Shown: positions 31,491-43,015, counted from the stretch's first letter. The stretch: DNA of 64,000 nt from Terriglobia bacterium (GCA_963748015.1 CAVVHE010000004.1:1088001-1152000); one strand, 5' to 3'. Notes: generated from the sequence alone by a model not told the origin. Program-made: numbers and translations.

Positions 31491-32230
31491 GCGCGTCGCG
31501 CGGGCCCCAGATCGTCCCAGGCGTGGAGCACGAGGGCCGCGGCGATCGCCCCCGCCGTCTCGGTGCGGAGCGTCCTCGGACCGAGACCGGCCGCGAGCCA
31601 TCCCGCCGCCTCGAACGCCGCCGCTTCGTCCGGATCGAGACCCCCTTCCGGACCCACCAGGAGCCAGACCGCCCCCGGCTTCGGGCCCGCGAGATGCTCT
31701 CCGAGCGGACGCGCCCCGGGCGCGGTGTCGAGCCAGAGCGCGCAGGTGCCGTCGGGGGGTGGCGGCACCTCGTCCACCGGCTCGGCGACCGCCGGAACCA
31801 CCCGGCGACCGCTCTGCTTCGCCGCCTCGAGGGCGACCCGCCCGAAACGCTTCATCCGCTCGGCGGAGGGAGCCGGAACCTCGGAGCGCCGCGCGGCGAA
31901 GGGACGGATGGCGGCGAGACCGACCTCCGTCCCCTTCTGGATCAGCCATTCCATCCGCTCGGGACGGCAGAGGGCCTGGTACAGCACGACCTCGAGGAGC
32001 GGATCCACACGCCCGGGCATCTCGGCGATCGTCCGCACCTCCGCCCCCGAGCGCCCCGCCGACACCAGGATGCCTTCCCACTCCCGTCCTTTGCCGTCGA
32101 ACACGGAGACGCGATCGCCGGGGCGGACCCTCAGCACTCGTACGACGTGGTGGGTCTCCTCCGGGTCGAGGGCGATCACGGCCCCCTCCCCGGCCACCGC
32201 CTCGTGGTGAACCCGTGCGATCCGCTCCAT
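31487..32230 (-). CDS. rsmE: 16S rRNA m3U1498 methyltransferase
   Basis: HHVVRVLR, QKGTEVG, EAAKQSGR, VGPEGG, LGPRTLRTETA. Confidence 0.95.
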   Translation of the reverse strand: MERIARVHHEAVAGEGAVIALDPEETHHVVRVLRVRPGDRVSVFDGKGREWEGILVSAGRSGAEVRTIAEMPGRVDPLLEVVLYQALCRPERMEWLIQKGTEVGLAAIRPFAARRSEVPAPSAERMKRFGRVALEAAKQSGRRVVPAVAEPVDEVPPPPDGTCALWLDTAPGARPLGEHLAGPKPGAVWLLVGPEGGLDPDEAAAFEAAGWLAAGLGPRTLRTETAGAIAAALVLHAWDDLGPARRA

Positions 32231-32235
32231 GACGA

Positions 32236-32400
32236 CTAGTGTCTCGTACCCGAAGTCCCGTTAACATCGAGGCCGTCGATGCGCCCGGCCTGCGAGGAGC
32301 GACGAGGGAGCATACCGGGAGTATTCGACCGAGGAGCGACGAAGCAGGCCGGGATGCAGCGGCGGCCGAATGTAACGCGACTTCGGGTACGAGACACTAG
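32236..32400. mobile_element. MITE (165 bp including both CTAG sites) inserted at the prmA stop codon
   Basis: 22-bp perfect terminal IR CTAGTGTCTCGTACCCGAAGTC (32236-32257 / 32379-32400), further imperfect pairing inside, no transposase. Confidence 0.85.
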
Positions 32401-33263
32401 GCGCTCCGCCGGGCGACGAGGAGGCACCACGGCCCCTCGTCTCCCCGCTCGATCACCCCGAGCCCGGCGCGGTCGAGGGCCGCCGTCACGTCCGCCGCGT
32501 CCTCGCCGAGCAAGCCCGAGCAGACGAGGAGCCCCGAGGGACGGAGAGCGTCCGCGACGTCGGCCGCCCTGGCCAGGAAATACGGCGTCGCGATGTTGGC
32601 CACGCACCCGTCGAACCCGGCTCCGGCCAGCCCGTCCGCGGAGCCGGTCCGGACGCTCACCTGCTCCGATGCGCCGTTCGCCTCGACGACCGCGCGCGCC
32701 ACCTCGACCGCCTCGGGGTCGTCGTCCACCGCCTCGACGTGGCTCGCGCCGCAGCGCGCCGCGACGAGCGCGAGGATGCCGCTCCCGGTTCCGAGATCGA
32801 GCCAGCGCTCGCCGGGACGCACGACCCGCTCCAGCGCGGCGGCGCACAGGCGCGTCGTGGCGTGCTCGCCCGTCCCGAACGCACGGCCCGGCACGAGATG
32901 GATCGGCTCCCTCGCACCTTCGGACGTCAGCTCGCCGCTCGGGATCACGACGAACCGCTCGCCGAGAGGCAAGGGCTTGAGCGAGGCCTGGTAGCGCTCG
33001 ACCCAGCGCCCGTCCTCGACGGCGTCGACGGCGAGACCGCACGCGGCCGGATCGAGGCCGAGGCCGCGGAGCACGCCCGCGGCCCCGTCGAGACGCGCGC
33101 GCGCGTCCCCCTCGTCGGTGAAGTAGACGCTGAGGCGCACCGCACCGCCCGCCGGTGTCGTCTCGACCCCCAGGCTGCCCTCACCCAGCTCGGCGGCGAG
33201 CTCTTCCTCGAGCCCCATCGGGACCTCGAGGACCACCGAAATCCAGGACGCGTCGTTCGACAT
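32397..33263 (-). CDS. prmA: Ribosomal protein L11 methyltransferase
   Basis: PGRAFGTGEHATT, LDLGTGSGILA, VANI; follows dnaJ. Confidence 0.94.
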   Translation of the reverse strand: MSNDASWISVVLEVPMGLEEELAAELGEGSLGVETTPAGGAVRLSVYFTDEGDARARLDGAAGVLRGLGLDPAACGLAVDAVEDGRWVERYQASLKPLPLGERFVVIPSGELTSEGAREPIHLVPGRAFGTGEHATTRLCAAALERVVRPGERWLDLGTGSGILALVAARCGASHVEAVDDDPEAVEVARAVVEANGASEQVSVRTGSADGLAGAGFDGCVANIATPYFLARAADVADALRPSGLLVCSGLLGEDAADVTAALDRAGLGVIERGDEGPWCLLVARRSA

Positions 33264-33266
33264 TCG

Positions 33267-34376
33267 CTAGTTGAAGATGTCCTTCACGCGATCGAACAGC
33301 CCCCGGCCGGAGGCTTCTTCTCCCTCGAGCCTGGCGAGTCGCTCGAACAGCTCGCGCTGCTCCGCGGTGAGGCGCGCCGGCGTCCGGACGAGGACCGCGA
33401 CGTGGTGGTCGCCGCGCCCGCCGCCGCCGACCGCCGGGATCCCCTTCCCCTGGAGGCGGAAGACGGTTCCGGACTGGGTGCCCGCGGGAACCTCGAAGTC
33501 CTCCTCGCCGTCGAGCGTCTCGATCTTGATCTTCGACCCGAGCGCGGCCTGGGCGAAGCCGACCGCGACCTCGGAACGGATGTCCTTCCCGTCACGCTCG
33601 AAGACCGCGTGCGCGGCGACGTGGATCACGACGTAGAGGTCGCCGGGAGGGCCGTCGTCGGGACTCGCCTCTCCCTCTCCCGCGAGCCGGAGGTGCATCC
33701 CCTCGTCCACGCCGGCCGGGATGCGCACGGTCAGGGTGCGCTCGCGGCGAATCCTGCCCCCCCCGTCGCACTTCGGGCACGGATCCGTGATGACGCGCCC
33801 CGTGCCGCGGCAGCGGCCGCAGGGGCGGGTGAGCGTGAAGAACCCCTGCTGGAAGGCCACCTGCCCCCGGCCGCCGCACTGGGAGCAGCTCTTGATGCCG
33901 TCCGCGCTCGAAGCACCCCGGCCGCCGCACCCCGCGCACTTCTCCGTGCGGGGAACCTTGATCTTGGTCTCGAGTCCTCGCACGGCCTCGTCGAAGTCGA
34001 GCTCGAGGTCGTACCGGAGATCGTCCCCGGGACGGCGCGCGGGCCGCCGGCGGCCCCCTCCGAACAGGCCGCCGAATCCGAAGAAGTCGCCGAGGATGTC
34101 CGCGAAATCGGCGAAGATCTCCTGGTCGAAACCCTGGAAGCCCCCGTGCGCGCCGAGCCCGGCCCGGCCGAACCGGTCGTACCGCTCCCGCTTCTCCGGG
34201 TCGGACAGCACCGAGTAGGCCTCGGCGGCTTCCTTGAATCGCTCCTCGGCTTCCTTGTTTCCCGGGTTCTTGTCGGGGTGGTACTGCAGCGCGAGGCGCC
34301 GGTACGCCTTCTTGACTTCGGCGGCTTCGGCCCCCCGGGCCACGCCGAGGATCTCGTAATAATCGCGGTCGGACAC
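33267..34376 (-). CDS. dnaJ: Chaperone DnaJ
   Basis: J domain with HPD, four CxxCxGxG repeats. Confidence 0.97.
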   Translation of the reverse strand: MSDRDYYEILGVARGAEAAEVKKAYRRLALQYHPDKNPGNKEAEERFKEAAEAYSVLSDPEKRERYDRFGRAGLGAHGGFQGFDQEIFADFADILGDFFGFGGLFGGGRRRPARRPGDDLRYDLELDFDEAVRGLETKIKVPRTEKCAGCGGRGASSADGIKSCSQCGGRGQVAFQQGFFTLTRPCGRCRGTGRVITDPCPKCDGGGRIRRERTLTVRIPAGVDEGMHLRLAGEGEASPDDGPPGDLYVVIHVAAHAVFERDGKDIRSEVAVGFAQAALGSKIKIETLDGEEDFEVPAGTQSGTVFRLQGKGIPAVGGGGRGDHHVAVLVRTPARLTAEQRELFERLARLEGEEASGRGLFDRVKDIFN

Positions 34377-34409
34377 GCTGCCTCTCCTCCGGATCCGGCC
34401 ACCGGGCGC

Positions 34410-36272
34410 CTAGGACTCCTCCACCGAGTCGGCCACGTCCTTGTCCGGCTTGCTGTCGAACGCCCCGGGATCGTACAGGATCACCTCCGACAGGATTCGC
34501 CCCACCTCGGCGATGCGCTCGAGCGACTGGGTGCACTCCGCCGCGTTCCCCCCCTGCAGGGCCTTGCGCGCCTGGTCGAGGATCTTGCGCACGAGCCCCT
34601 GATGGTCGGAGCTGAGCATGGAGCCGAACTCCGCGAAGGTCTTCTGGTTGCTGTCCACCAGCCCCTCGAGGCGGCTCCGGACCCGGATCAGCTCGGCACG
34701 CCGCCGGTCGTCGTCCGCGTGAGTCGCGGCGTCGTCGATGATCTTCTGGATGTCGTCCTCGGTGAGGCCGCCGGACGGGGTCACGACGATCTTCTGCTCG
34801 CGGCTCGTCGCCGTGTCGCGCGCCTGGACGTTGACGATGCCGTTGGAGTCGATGTCGAACGCCACCTCGATCTGCGGCACCCCCTTCGGGGCCGGCGGGA
34901 TCCCGACCAGCTCGAACCGTCCGAGCGACTTGTTGTGCGCGGCGATCTCCCTCTCGCCCTGAAGCACGTGGACCTCGACCTTCGACTGGTTGTCCGCGAC
35001 CGTGGTGAAGACGCGCCCCTTCCGCGTGGGAATGGTCGAGTTGCGCTCGATGATCTTCGTGAACATGCCTCCCCGGGTCTCGATGCCGAGGGACAGCGGC
35101 GTGACGTCGAGGAGCACCATGTCCTTGACGTCGCCCTTCAGGATGCCGGCCTGGATCGCCGCTCCCATGCCCACGACCTCGTCCGGATTGATCGCCTGGT
35201 TCGGCTCGCGCCCGAAGATCTCCCGCACCGCCTGGACGACCCGCGGCATCCGGGTCTGGCCTCCCACGAGGAGGACCTCGTCCACTTCCTCGGGCCTCAT
35301 GCCCGCGAGGCGCAGGGCCTCCTCGCACGGCTTGCGGGTCTTCTCGATCAGGTCGTCGACGAGCTCCTCGAATTTCGCCCGGGTGAGCACCGCGTGAAGG
35401 TGCCTCGCTCCCCCCTCGTCGGCGCTGATGAAGGGCAGGTTGATCTCCGCGCTCTCCTCGCGCGACAGCTCGCACTTCGCCTTCTCCGCCGACTCCTTGA
35501 GCCGCTGGAGGGCCAGTCGATCCGAGCGGAGATCGGTACCGGTCTCCGTCTGCGCCAGGTCGATGAGCCAGTCCACGATCCTCTGGTCGAAGTCCTCGCC
35601 CCCGAGGAACGTGTCGCCGGACGTCGCCTTGACCTCGACGACGCCCTCGCCGAGTTGGAGGATCGAGATGTCGAAGGTCCCCCCGCCGAGGTCGTAGACC
35701 GCGATCCGGCGGGACGCCGTGCCCTCGTCCATGCCGTAGGCGAGCGCGGCGGCCGTCGGCTCGTTGACGATCCGCAGCACGTTGAGCCCGGCGATTCGCC
35801 CGGCGTCCTTCGTCGCCTGGCGCTGCGAGTCGTCGAAGTACGCGGGGACCGTGATGACGGCCTCTGCGACGTCGCCCCCCACGTTGTCCTCGGCCATCTC
35901 CCTGAGGCGGGACAGCAGGAACGCCGACAGCTCCGGGGGCGAGTAGTCCCGGTCCCGGAGGCGGATCCAGGCGTCGCCGTTCGGGGCGGCGACGATCTCG
36001 TACGGGACGAGCTGCTTCGCCCGGGCCACCTCGATCGACTCGTACTTCCTGCCGATCAGCCGCTTCACCGCGTAGATGGTGCTCTGGGGATTCGTCAACG
36101 CCTGCCGCTTCGCGATCTGCCCCACGAGGCGCTCCCCGCGGGAGGTGAAGGCGACCACGGAGGGCGTGGTTCGCCCTCCCTCGCGGCTCGTGACGACGCG
36201 GGGCTTGCCGCCTTCCATGACGGCGATGCAGCAGTTGGTCGTTCCGAGGTCGATGCCGATGACCTTGCCCAT
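34410..36272 (-). CDS. dnaK: Chaperone DnaK
   Basis: [36 protein letters not shown]. Confidence 0.97.
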   Translation of the reverse strand: MGKVIGIDLGTTNCCIAVMEGGKPRVVTSREGGRTTPSVVAFTSRGERLVGQIAKRQALTNPQSTIYAVKRLIGRKYESIEVARAKQLVPYEIVAAPNGDAWIRLRDRDYSPPELSAFLLSRLREMAEDNVGGDVAEAVITVPAYFDDSQRQATKDAGRIAGLNVLRIVNEPTAAALAYGMDEGTASRRIAVYDLGGGTFDISILQLGEGVVEVKATSGDTFLGGEDFDQRIVDWLIDLAQTETGTDLRSDRLALQRLKESAEKAKCELSREESAEINLPFISADEGGARHLHAVLTRAKFEELVDDLIEKTRKPCEEALRLAGMRPEEVDEVLLVGGQTRMPRVVQAVREIFGREPNQAINPDEVVGMGAAIQAGILKGDVKDMVLLDVTPLSLGIETRGGMFTKIIERNSTIPTRKGRVFTTVADNQSKVEVHVLQGEREIAAHNKSLGRFELVGIPPAPKGVPQIEVAFDIDSNGIVNVQARDTATSREQKIVVTPSGGLTEDDIQKIIDDAATHADDDRRRAELIRVRSRLEGLVDSNQKTFAEFGSMLSSDHQGLVRKILDQARKALQGGNAAECTQSLERIAEVGRILSEVILYDPGAFDSKPDKDVADSVEES

Positions 36273-36902
36273 CTATCGGACCTCCCGGGAGGCGGCGTCG
36301 CCGCCTCCGGCTTCCCCGCCGACGCTCACCCTCACGAGGGCCGGACGCAGCAGCCGCTCGCGCAGGAAGTAGCCTCGCTGGATCTCGTCGATGACCGTGT
36401 TCTCCGGAATCCCCGTCGCCTTCGCTGTGGCCACCGCCTCGTGGATCGCCGGGTCGAAGGGCTGCCCCAGGGCATCCACCGGCCGGAGCCCTTCCTTCTT
36501 CAGCGCCTCGGCCAGCTGCCGGTGGATCAGCTCGACGCCCGCGCGGAATGCCGCGTTTTCCCCCTCGAGGCGCTCGGAAGCGATCGCGCGGTCGAAGTTG
36601 TCGAGCACCGGCAGGAGCTCGGTGACCAGCCGGATCGTGGCGATCGCCCTGAACTCCACCTGCTCCCGCTCGATCCTCTTGCGGAGGTTCTCGAAATCCG
36701 CCTGCAGCCTCATGAGCCGCTCCCGGCTCGCCGTGTCTTCCCGCGGTCCCGAGGCCTGCGGAGGCTCTTCGAAGACGACATCCACCTCGTCGCGCCCGTT
36801 CCGGGCGCCGGCGTCATCCATCCCCTCGATCTCGATGATCTCGATCTCGTCGGGATCGGACGGGACCTCTCTCCGCTCTTCACCCTCGCTTTTTCGCGTC
36901 AT
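36273..36902 (-). CDS. grpE: Nucleotide exchange factor GrpE
   Basis: RLQADFENLRKR, LLPVLDNF, FDPAIHEAV, LLRPALV; start could also be 36926. Confidence 0.94.
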   Translation of the reverse strand: MTRKSEGEERREVPSDPDEIEIIEIEGMDDAGARNGRDEVDVVFEEPPQASGPREDTASRERLMRLQADFENLRKRIEREQVEFRAIATIRLVTELLPVLDNFDRAIASERLEGENAAFRAGVELIHRQLAEALKKEGLRPVDALGQPFDPAIHEAVATAKATGIPENTVIDEIQRGYFLRERLLRPALVRVSVGGEAGGGDAASREVR

Positions 36903-36922
36903 CTCCCTGTCCCTCGACAACC

Positions 36923-37987
36923 TCATTCTCCCGCGCTCGAGAGGAGCCGGGTGAGAACCTGCGCGAGGTGCTCGACGAGGGCAATCGCCCTCGCGTACTC
37001 CATGCGCGTCGGTCCGACGATGCCCACGGTCCCCATGACGCGATCCCCCGCCCCGTAGGTCGACGCGACCACGGACAGGTCCGCGAGGTCCGAGACCGGG
37101 TTCTCGCGCCCGATGACGACCTGGACCCCTTCCCCTTCGAGGATGCTGTTGAGCAGCTCCACGAGACGGCTCTTCTCCTCCAGCGTCCGGAACAGCGAGC
37201 GCATCCGGTGCAAGTCGGCGAACTCCGGCGAGCCGAACAGGTTCGACGCCCCCTCGACGAACACCTCGCCGGCGGCGTCCACGCCGACGGCTCGGCGCGC
37301 GAGATCGAGGCTCGCGGCGAGCATCCGGTCGCACTGCGCGCTCTCCTCGGACATCAGGCGAAGCACGGCTTCCCGCATGCGGGGCAGCGTGTAGCCCGAG
37401 TACAGCTCCGACAGCTGCCTTCCGATCCGGTCCAGCTCGTCCTGGTCGAGCGGCTCCGCGACCTCCAGGATCCGGTTGTGCACGACCCCCGAGCGGTCCA
37501 CGAGGATCGCGACGAGCCGCCGTCCATCGAGCCGGACGAACTCGAGGTGCTCGACGACGATCCGCCTCAGCTCCGGCGCCAGGACCACGCCGACGTGGTT
37601 CGAGAAGCGCGAGAGCTGCCGGCTCGCCTCGCCGAGCAGCTCCGGAATCTCCCCGCGGCTTCGGATCAGGGCCTCGTCGATCGCGTGAAGCTGGGCCGGC
37701 GCCATCTTCGCGGGACCCATCAGGCGGTCCACGTACAGACGGTAGGCGCGATCGGTGGGCACGCGCCCGGCCGAGGGGTGCGGCTGGGCGAGGAGTCCCA
37801 TCTGCTCGAGGTCGGACATGATGTTCCGGATCGTCGCCGGCGACAGGTCGAGACCCCGCCCCCGCGACACGGTCCTCGATCCGACCGGCTCGCCCGAGAG
37901 GATGTGGGACTGGATCACGGTCCGCAGGATCTCCCGCTCACGGGAGTCCAGTTCGATCGGGCCGTGTCCTCGCGTGTCCTTGGTCAA
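36923..37987 (-). CDS. hrcA: Heat-inducible transcription repressor
   Basis: EPVGSR, SPATIRNIMSDLE, PHPSAGRVPT, GPTRMEY; TTG start is approximate. Confidence 0.95.
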   Translation of the reverse strand: MTKDTRGHGPIELDSREREILRTVIQSHILSGEPVGSRTVSRGRGLDLSPATIRNIMSDLEQMGLLAQPHPSAGRVPTDRAYRLYVDRLMGPAKMAPAQLHAIDEALIRSRGEIPELLGEASRQLSRFSNHVGVVLAPELRRIVVEHLEFVRLDGRRLVAILVDRSGVVHNRILEVAEPLDQDELDRIGRQLSELYSGYTLPRMREAVLRLMSEESAQCDRMLAASLDLARRAVGVDAAGEVFVEGASNLFGSPEFADLHRMRSLFRTLEEKSRLVELLNSILEGEGVQVVIGRENPVSDLADLSVVASTYGAGDRVMGTVGIVGPTRMEYARAIALVEHLAQVLTRLLSSAGE

Positions 37988-38030
37988 GCTGTTTCGCTCC
38001 GGGCCGCGCGCGGCCAGCCGCGGCAGGCGC

Positions 38031-39165
38031 TCAAGCCGGGCGTCCCGCCCGGGCATCGGCCGACTCCCGCGCCGCGCCGAGCGCGGCGCGGATGAACCCG
38101 TCCAGGTCCCCGCCCAGAACCCGGTCCGCGTCCCCCATCTCGAACCCGGTCCGGTGGTCCTTCACCAGGCGGTACGGCGCGAGAACGTAGGACCGGATCT
38201 GGCTTCCCCACTCGATCTTCTTCTTCTCGCCGACTTCCTGGGCCATCTTCGCGTCGGCCTCCTTCTGCGCGAGGTCGACGAGCTTGGCCTTCAGGACCTT
38301 CATGGCCACGTCGCGGTTCCGGTGCTGGGACCGCTCGTTCTGGCAGGTCACCACGATGCCGGTCGGGAGGTGGGTGATCCGGATCGCGGAATCGGTCACG
38401 TTCACGTGCTGCCCGCCCGCGCCCGAGGAGCGGTAGGTGTCCACCCTCAGGTCCTTTTCGTCCACCACCACGTCCACGTCCTCCGTGACGTCCGGGATCA
38501 CGTCCACCGACGCGAACGAAGTGTGCCTTCGCGCCTGCGCGTCGAAGGGCGAGATCCTCACGAGGCGGTGGACGCCTCGCTCCGTCCTCAGGTAGCCATA
38601 GACGTTCGGCCCGCGTATCCCGAGGGTGACGCTCTTGATCCCCGCCTCGTCCCCCGCCTGGTAGTCGAGCGTCTCCACCTTGAAGCCGCGCCGCTCCGCC
38701 CACCGCACGTACATCCTCAGGAGCATCTCCGCCCAGTCCTGCGACTCGGTGCCGCCGGCCCCGGGGTGCACCTCGAGGATCGCGTCCGAGGCGTCGTGCT
38801 CTCCGGTCAACAGGGTCGCGAGCTCGACTTCCTCCGCGCGGCGCCCCAGCGCGTCCACGGCGGCGGCCAGCTCGCCGCCGACGTCCTCGCCCTCCCGGAC
38901 GAGGTCGAGGAACGTCCTCGCATCGTCCAGGAGCGTCCCGAGGCCCCGGACCGTCTCGATGCTCTCGACGAGCCTGGATTGCCGCTGCCGGAGGCGGCGC
39001 GCCCGCTCGGCGTCCCCCCAGACCTCGGGAAGGGTCAGCTGGTGCTCGATGTCGGCGAGCTCTCCCTGCTTCCGCTCGACATCAAAGAAACCTCCGGAGC
39101 GCGTCCACCTTTTCGGCGAGCGCCTCGATCCGGCCGACGAGATCCTGGAGATCCGGGCTCCTCAC
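38031..39165 (-). CDS. prfB: Peptide chain release factor 2 with programmed +1 frameshift
   Basis: GTG 39165, 27 codons to CGG AGG TTT CTT TGA T (39087-39081), +1 frame continues DVERKQ...; SPF and GGQ motifs. Confidence 0.96.
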
Positions 39166-39282
39166 GTTCCATCCTCCGCCCTTCGGGCAAATGTAGAACT
39201 CGCGGGCACGGGCGCAAGCCCGGGCGCTCCAAAATAACACAGTGCTCCTGGAGACGGCGGCGGGCCGGCGTCCGCCGCCGGA

Positions 39283-39867
39283 TCATTCGGCCTTGGTCAC
39301 CCAGGCCCCGGCCTGCCCTTCCCGCTTCAGCCGCTCGGCGACGGCCTGCGCTTCGGCGCGCTCGCTGTAGCCGCCCACGCGGACCTTGAAGAGCGCCCCC
39401 CGACCTTCCCGCTCGCCCTCGACCGAGACCGGATAGCCGTGGCTGCCGAGCGAACGAACGATCTCCTCGGCGGCCTTGCGGTCCCGTCCGGCGAACACCT
39501 GCACGAAGAACGGCCCTCCCCGAGGTGGCGATACCGGGGAGGCGGCGACCTCCGGCGCCCTTTCGGAAGGCTCGGCGGGAACGGTCTTCGGGCGGACCTC
39601 GCGCTGCGGCTCGGCCGCCCTCCCGCCGCCGCCCAGGGTGTCGAAGAAGGTCAGGTCCTCGGCCTTGGCCTCGTCTCCGGTGGCGTCAGCGGACGGCTCT
39701 CGCCCGGCGGACGCCGCCTGGGGCGAGACCTGCCGCTCGAACCAGCGCCCCGCCCAGAACACGAGGGTGAGCAGGGCGACGAGCACTCCTCCGGTGACGA
39801 ACAGGGCGATCCCCTGGATCCGCACCTCGCGCGGGGGCGCCTCGCCGTCGCGCGCTTCAGGGTCCAT
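39283..39867 (-). CDS. Membrane-anchored SPOR domain protein (FtsN/DedD-like)
   Basis: Single TM, LTFFDTL, C-terminal FFVQV...FKVRVGGY. Confidence 0.85.
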   Translation of the reverse strand: MDPEARDGEAPPREVRIQGIALFVTGGVLVALLTLVFWAGRWFERQVSPQAASAGREPSADATGDEAKAEDLTFFDTLGGGGRAAEPQREVRPKTVPAEPSERAPEVAASPVSPPRGGPFFVQVFAGRDRKAAEEIVRSLGSHGYPVSVEGEREGRGALFKVRVGGYSERAEAQAVAERLKREGQAGAWVTKAE

Positions 39868-40903
39868 GACCTTCCTCGACGATCTCCGCGATCGCGATCG
39901 AGTTCTTGACGCCGTTCTTGATCCGCTGCATCGCCCAGTCCGCGCGCTCGAGGAGCTCGCCCTTGGTCCTGGCGTGCAGCGGGAACGACGCGATGCCGAA
40001 CGATGCCGTCATCTTCACGCCCCCTCGCTCCCCCAGCTGGTCGGCGAGAAACGCCTTGCCGGCGATCGCGACCCGCACCCGCTCGGCGACCTCGAGGGCC
40101 CCGTGCCACTCGGTCTCCGGCAGGACGATGCAGAACTCGTCCCCGCCGAACCTGAACAGCTTGTCGAACTTCCGGACCTTTCCCCGGACGCGGAGCGACA
40201 CCTCGAAGAGCGCGCGGCTCCCCATCGCATGGCCGAGGAGGCTGTTCACCTGCTTGAGACCGTCCATGTCGAAGAAGATCAGCGAGAGCGGCGCATGGAA
40301 CCTGCTCGCGCGCGCGAGCTCCTCCGCCAGGAACTCCTCGAAGTGGCGCCGGTTGAAACACTCCGTGGTGTCGTCCTTGATCACGAGGTCCCGGATCGAC
40401 CGGACCTGCAGGGCGTTCTCCACCGCCCGGCGCGCGGCGGTCACGAGCGACCTCACGCGGTCGAGCTCCGCCCCGGTCTTCCTCGCCCCCACGACGACGA
40501 GCAGGCCCACGGCCTTCTCGTCCCTTCCCCTGAGCGCGAGCATTGCGCTCGAGACGGGAACCACGCCGCCGAGAAGGGCGGCTGCCCGGCCCGGCGGCTC
40601 CCCTTCCGCCGCCCACGCCTCGATCTCCAACGGACGGAGCTTCGTTCCGGTGAGGTCCGCGCCCCCGCGGGCCCGGACCGTCGCGACGGGCACGAGGGCC
40701 ACGCGCTCGTCGTCGAGCGCGAGGCCGAAGGCGGCATCCGCGGCCGTCCACGACACCGCGCGCTCCGCGAGCACCTCGAGCTGCTCGGGCAGATCGAGCC
40801 GTCCGTGGACCTCGAGCAGCGCGGCCAGCACCTCGGGATCGGTGCCGGCCGGAGGGACCACCGGGCCTTCGGGCTCTCGGCCGCCTGCCGGGGTGAAACT
40901 CAC
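39857..40903 (-). CDS. Diguanylate cyclase with GAF-like N-terminus
   Basis: GGDEF active site, RKFD I-site five residues upstream, DMDGLK, NSLLGH. Confidence 0.9.
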   Translation of the reverse strand: MSFTPAGGREPEGPVVPPAGTDPEVLAALLEVHGRLDLPEQLEVLAERAVSWTAADAAFGLALDDERVALVPVATVRARGGADLTGTKLRPLEIEAWAAEGEPPGRAAALLGGVVPVSSAMLALRGRDEKAVGLLVVVGARKTGAELDRVRSLVTAARRAVENALQVRSIRDLVIKDDTTECFNRRHFEEFLAEELARASRFHAPLSLIFFDMDGLKQVNSLLGHAMGSRALFEVSLRVRGKVRKFDKLFRFGGDEFCIVLPETEWHGALEVAERVRVAIAGKAFLADQLGERGGVKMTASFGIASFPLHARTKGELLERADWAMQRIKNGVKNSIAIAEIVEEGHGP

Positions 40904-40937
40904 CGGGTCCCTCCCGCTCCGGACAACCCGCTCCGGC

Positions 40938-41696
40938 TCACGATTTCAGGAACCCCTTGATCAGATCGATGGGGAGCGGGAACACGATCGTCGAGTTCTT
41001 CTCCGATGCGATCTCCGTCAGCGTCTGGAGGTACCGGAGCTGGAGCGTGATGGGGTGCTTCCCTACTTCCTCCGCGGCCTTCGCGAGGTTGGTCGCCGCG
41101 AGGAACTCGCCCTCGGCGTGGATGATCTTCGCGCGCTTCTCGCGCTCGGCCTCCGCTTGCTTCGCCATCGCGCGCTGCATCTCCACCGGCAGGTCCACGT
41201 GCTTGACCTCGACCGCGGAGACCTTGATCCCCCACGGATCGGTGTGCTTGTCGAGGATCTTCTGGAGCTGCTGGTTGAGCTTCTCGCGCTCGGCCAGGAG
41301 CGCGTCCAGCTCCACCTGGCCCAGGACCGACCGGAGCGTGGTCTGCGAAAGCTGGCTGGTGGCGTAGTGGTAGTTCTCGACCTCCACCACCGCCCTCCTC
41401 GGGTTCATCACCCGGAAGTAGACGACGGCGTTCACCTTCACCGAGACGTTGTCGCGCGTGATGATGTCCTGCGGGGGGACGTCGTGGACCACCGTCCGGA
41501 GCGAGATGCGGATCATCCGGTCCACGACCGGGATCAGGAGGAACAGGCCCGGCCCGTAATCCATCGGGCGCAGGCGCCCCAGGCGGAACACGACCCCGCG
41601 CTCGTACTCCGGCAGGATCTTGATCGAGTTGACGACGATCAGCACCAGCACGATCAGCGCGGCGAGGATCCCGACGGGTAACTGCACGGGAAGCAT
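40938..41696 (-). CDS. SPFH/slipin (stomatin-like) protein
   Basis: [38 protein letters not shown]. Confidence 0.93.
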   Translation of the reverse strand: MLPVQLPVGILAALIVLVLIVVNSIKILPEYERGVVFRLGRLRPMDYGPGLFLLIPVVDRMIRISLRTVVHDVPPQDIITRDNVSVKVNAVVYFRVMNPRRAVVEVENYHYATSQLSQTTLRSVLGQVELDALLAEREKLNQQLQKILDKHTDPWGIKVSAVEVKHVDLPVEMQRAMAKQAEAEREKRAKIIHAEGEFLAATNLAKAAEEVGKHPITLQLRYLQTLTEIASEKNSTIVFPLPIDLIKGFLKS

Positions 41697-41697
41697 C

Positions 41698-43008
41698 TCA
41701 GCTCCCTTCCGCCGGCGGCTTCTCCGCCGGCACGACGACCAGAAGCATCTCTTCGACGCGCACCACGCGCACGCGCGCGCCCTTCCGTACCGGACCGGAG
41801 GGGGACACGGCATCCCAGATCTCCCCGTGGACGAACACCTTGCCCTCGGGGTCGAGGTCCGCGACCACGCTCCCCGCCTCTCCCTGGAGCCCCTCGACTC
41901 CCGTGGAGACGGGCGACCGCTGGGCGCGGACGGCGAGCCGCACCGCCAGCGCGCACGCTCCCGCGAGGGTGAGGCTCGCCGGGAGGACCGCCAGCAGCGG
42001 CAGCCTCAACTCCGGGATCGGGCCGCGGAAGAGCATGAGCGAGCCCAGCACGAGACAGGCCACGCCTCCGACCGTGAGCATGCCGTGCGACACGACCTTG
42101 ATCTCGAGCACGAACAGTACGATCGCCAGGAGGATCAGGAGGATCCCGATCGCCGAGACGGGCAGGATTTGCGCCGAGAACGCGAAGAGCAGGAGGCAGA
42201 GCACTCCCGTGACCGCCGGGAAGACCAGCCCCGGGTGGCTGAGCTCCACGTAGAGCCCGCCCAGGCCGAGCAGGAGCAGCAGGTACGCGACCAGGGGGTT
42301 CGCGAGAAGCCCGAGCACCTGCTCCCGGAACGTCGTCTCCTGAAGGAGGATCACGGCCCCCGCGGTTCTGAGCGTCGTCGCGCTCCCGTCGAACCGCTTG
42401 ATCTCGCGTCCGTCGAGCTGCCGGAGGAGGTCGTCCACGTCCGCGGCGACCAGGTCGATGACCCGGTCCTTCATCGCCTGGCCGTCCGTGTACGCCTCCG
42501 CGGCGAGGACCGCCTTCTCGCACGCCTCCACGTTCCTGCCGCGGTGCTCCGCGAGGGTGCGCGCGCGAGCCGCCACGTCGCTCGAGGCCTTCTTGAGCCC
42601 CACGTCGCTCTCGGGGTTCGCGCCGAACAGCGAGGAGATCACGGCCGCCGCACCGGTGTGCGTGCCGGGAGCCATCGCGGCGACGTCGGCCGCGATCAGG
42701 ATGAGGAACCCCGCGGAAGCGGCCTTCGCCCCCGCCGGCCCGACCCAGCAGACGACCGGCGTCTTGGCGGCCAGCTCGCGCTGCACGATCTTCTCTAGGG
42801 AGACCACGAGGCCGCCGGGGGTGTCGAGGCGGATCAGGACGAGATCCTCGCCGTCGCGGTCGGCCCGGTCGATCGCCGCGATCACGCGCCCCGCGCTCAC
42901 GGGCGTGACGACATCGTCGAACTCGACCAGCCGAACCCGCGGCTCCGCCGCGGAGGCCGGCGCGGCGAGGAGCAGCGCGAACGCCGCGAGAATCAGGACC
43001 TTCCTCAT
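41698..43008 (-). CDS. nfeD: Long NfeD membrane-bound serine protease
   Basis: [23 protein letters not shown] bundle, C-terminal OB fold (GEIW). Confidence 0.92.
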   Translation of the reverse strand: MRKVLILAAFALLLAAPASAAEPRVRLVEFDDVVTPVSAGRVIAAIDRADRDGEDLVLIRLDTPGGLVVSLEKIVQRELAAKTPVVCWVGPAGAKAASAGFLILIAADVAAMAPGTHTGAAAVISSLFGANPESDVGLKKASSDVAARARTLAEHRGRNVEACEKAVLAAEAYTDGQAMKDRVIDLVAADVDDLLRQLDGREIKRFDGSATTLRTAGAVILLQETTFREQVLGLLANPLVAYLLLLLGLGGLYVELSHPGLVFPAVTGVLCLLLFAFSAQILPVSAIGILLILLAIVLFVLEIKVVSHGMLTVGGVACLVLGSLMLFRGPIPELRLPLLAVLPASLTLAGACALAVRLAVRAQRSPVSTGVEGLQGEAGSVVADLDPEGKVFVHGEIWDAVSPSGPVRKGARVRVVRVEEMLLVVVPAEKPPAEGS

Positions 43009-43015
43009 GTCGGCG

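Noticed and set aside
32739..37058. 1439-aa plus-strand ORF
   Set aside because: Antisense shadow of dnaJ/dnaK/grpE; long stop-free antisense frames are expected at this GC content and it has no recognisable motifs
39221..39248. CIRCE-like sequence upstream of prfB (GGAGCACTG...GAGCGCCCG)
   Set aside because: Poor match to both arms and 10-nt rather than 9-nt spacing
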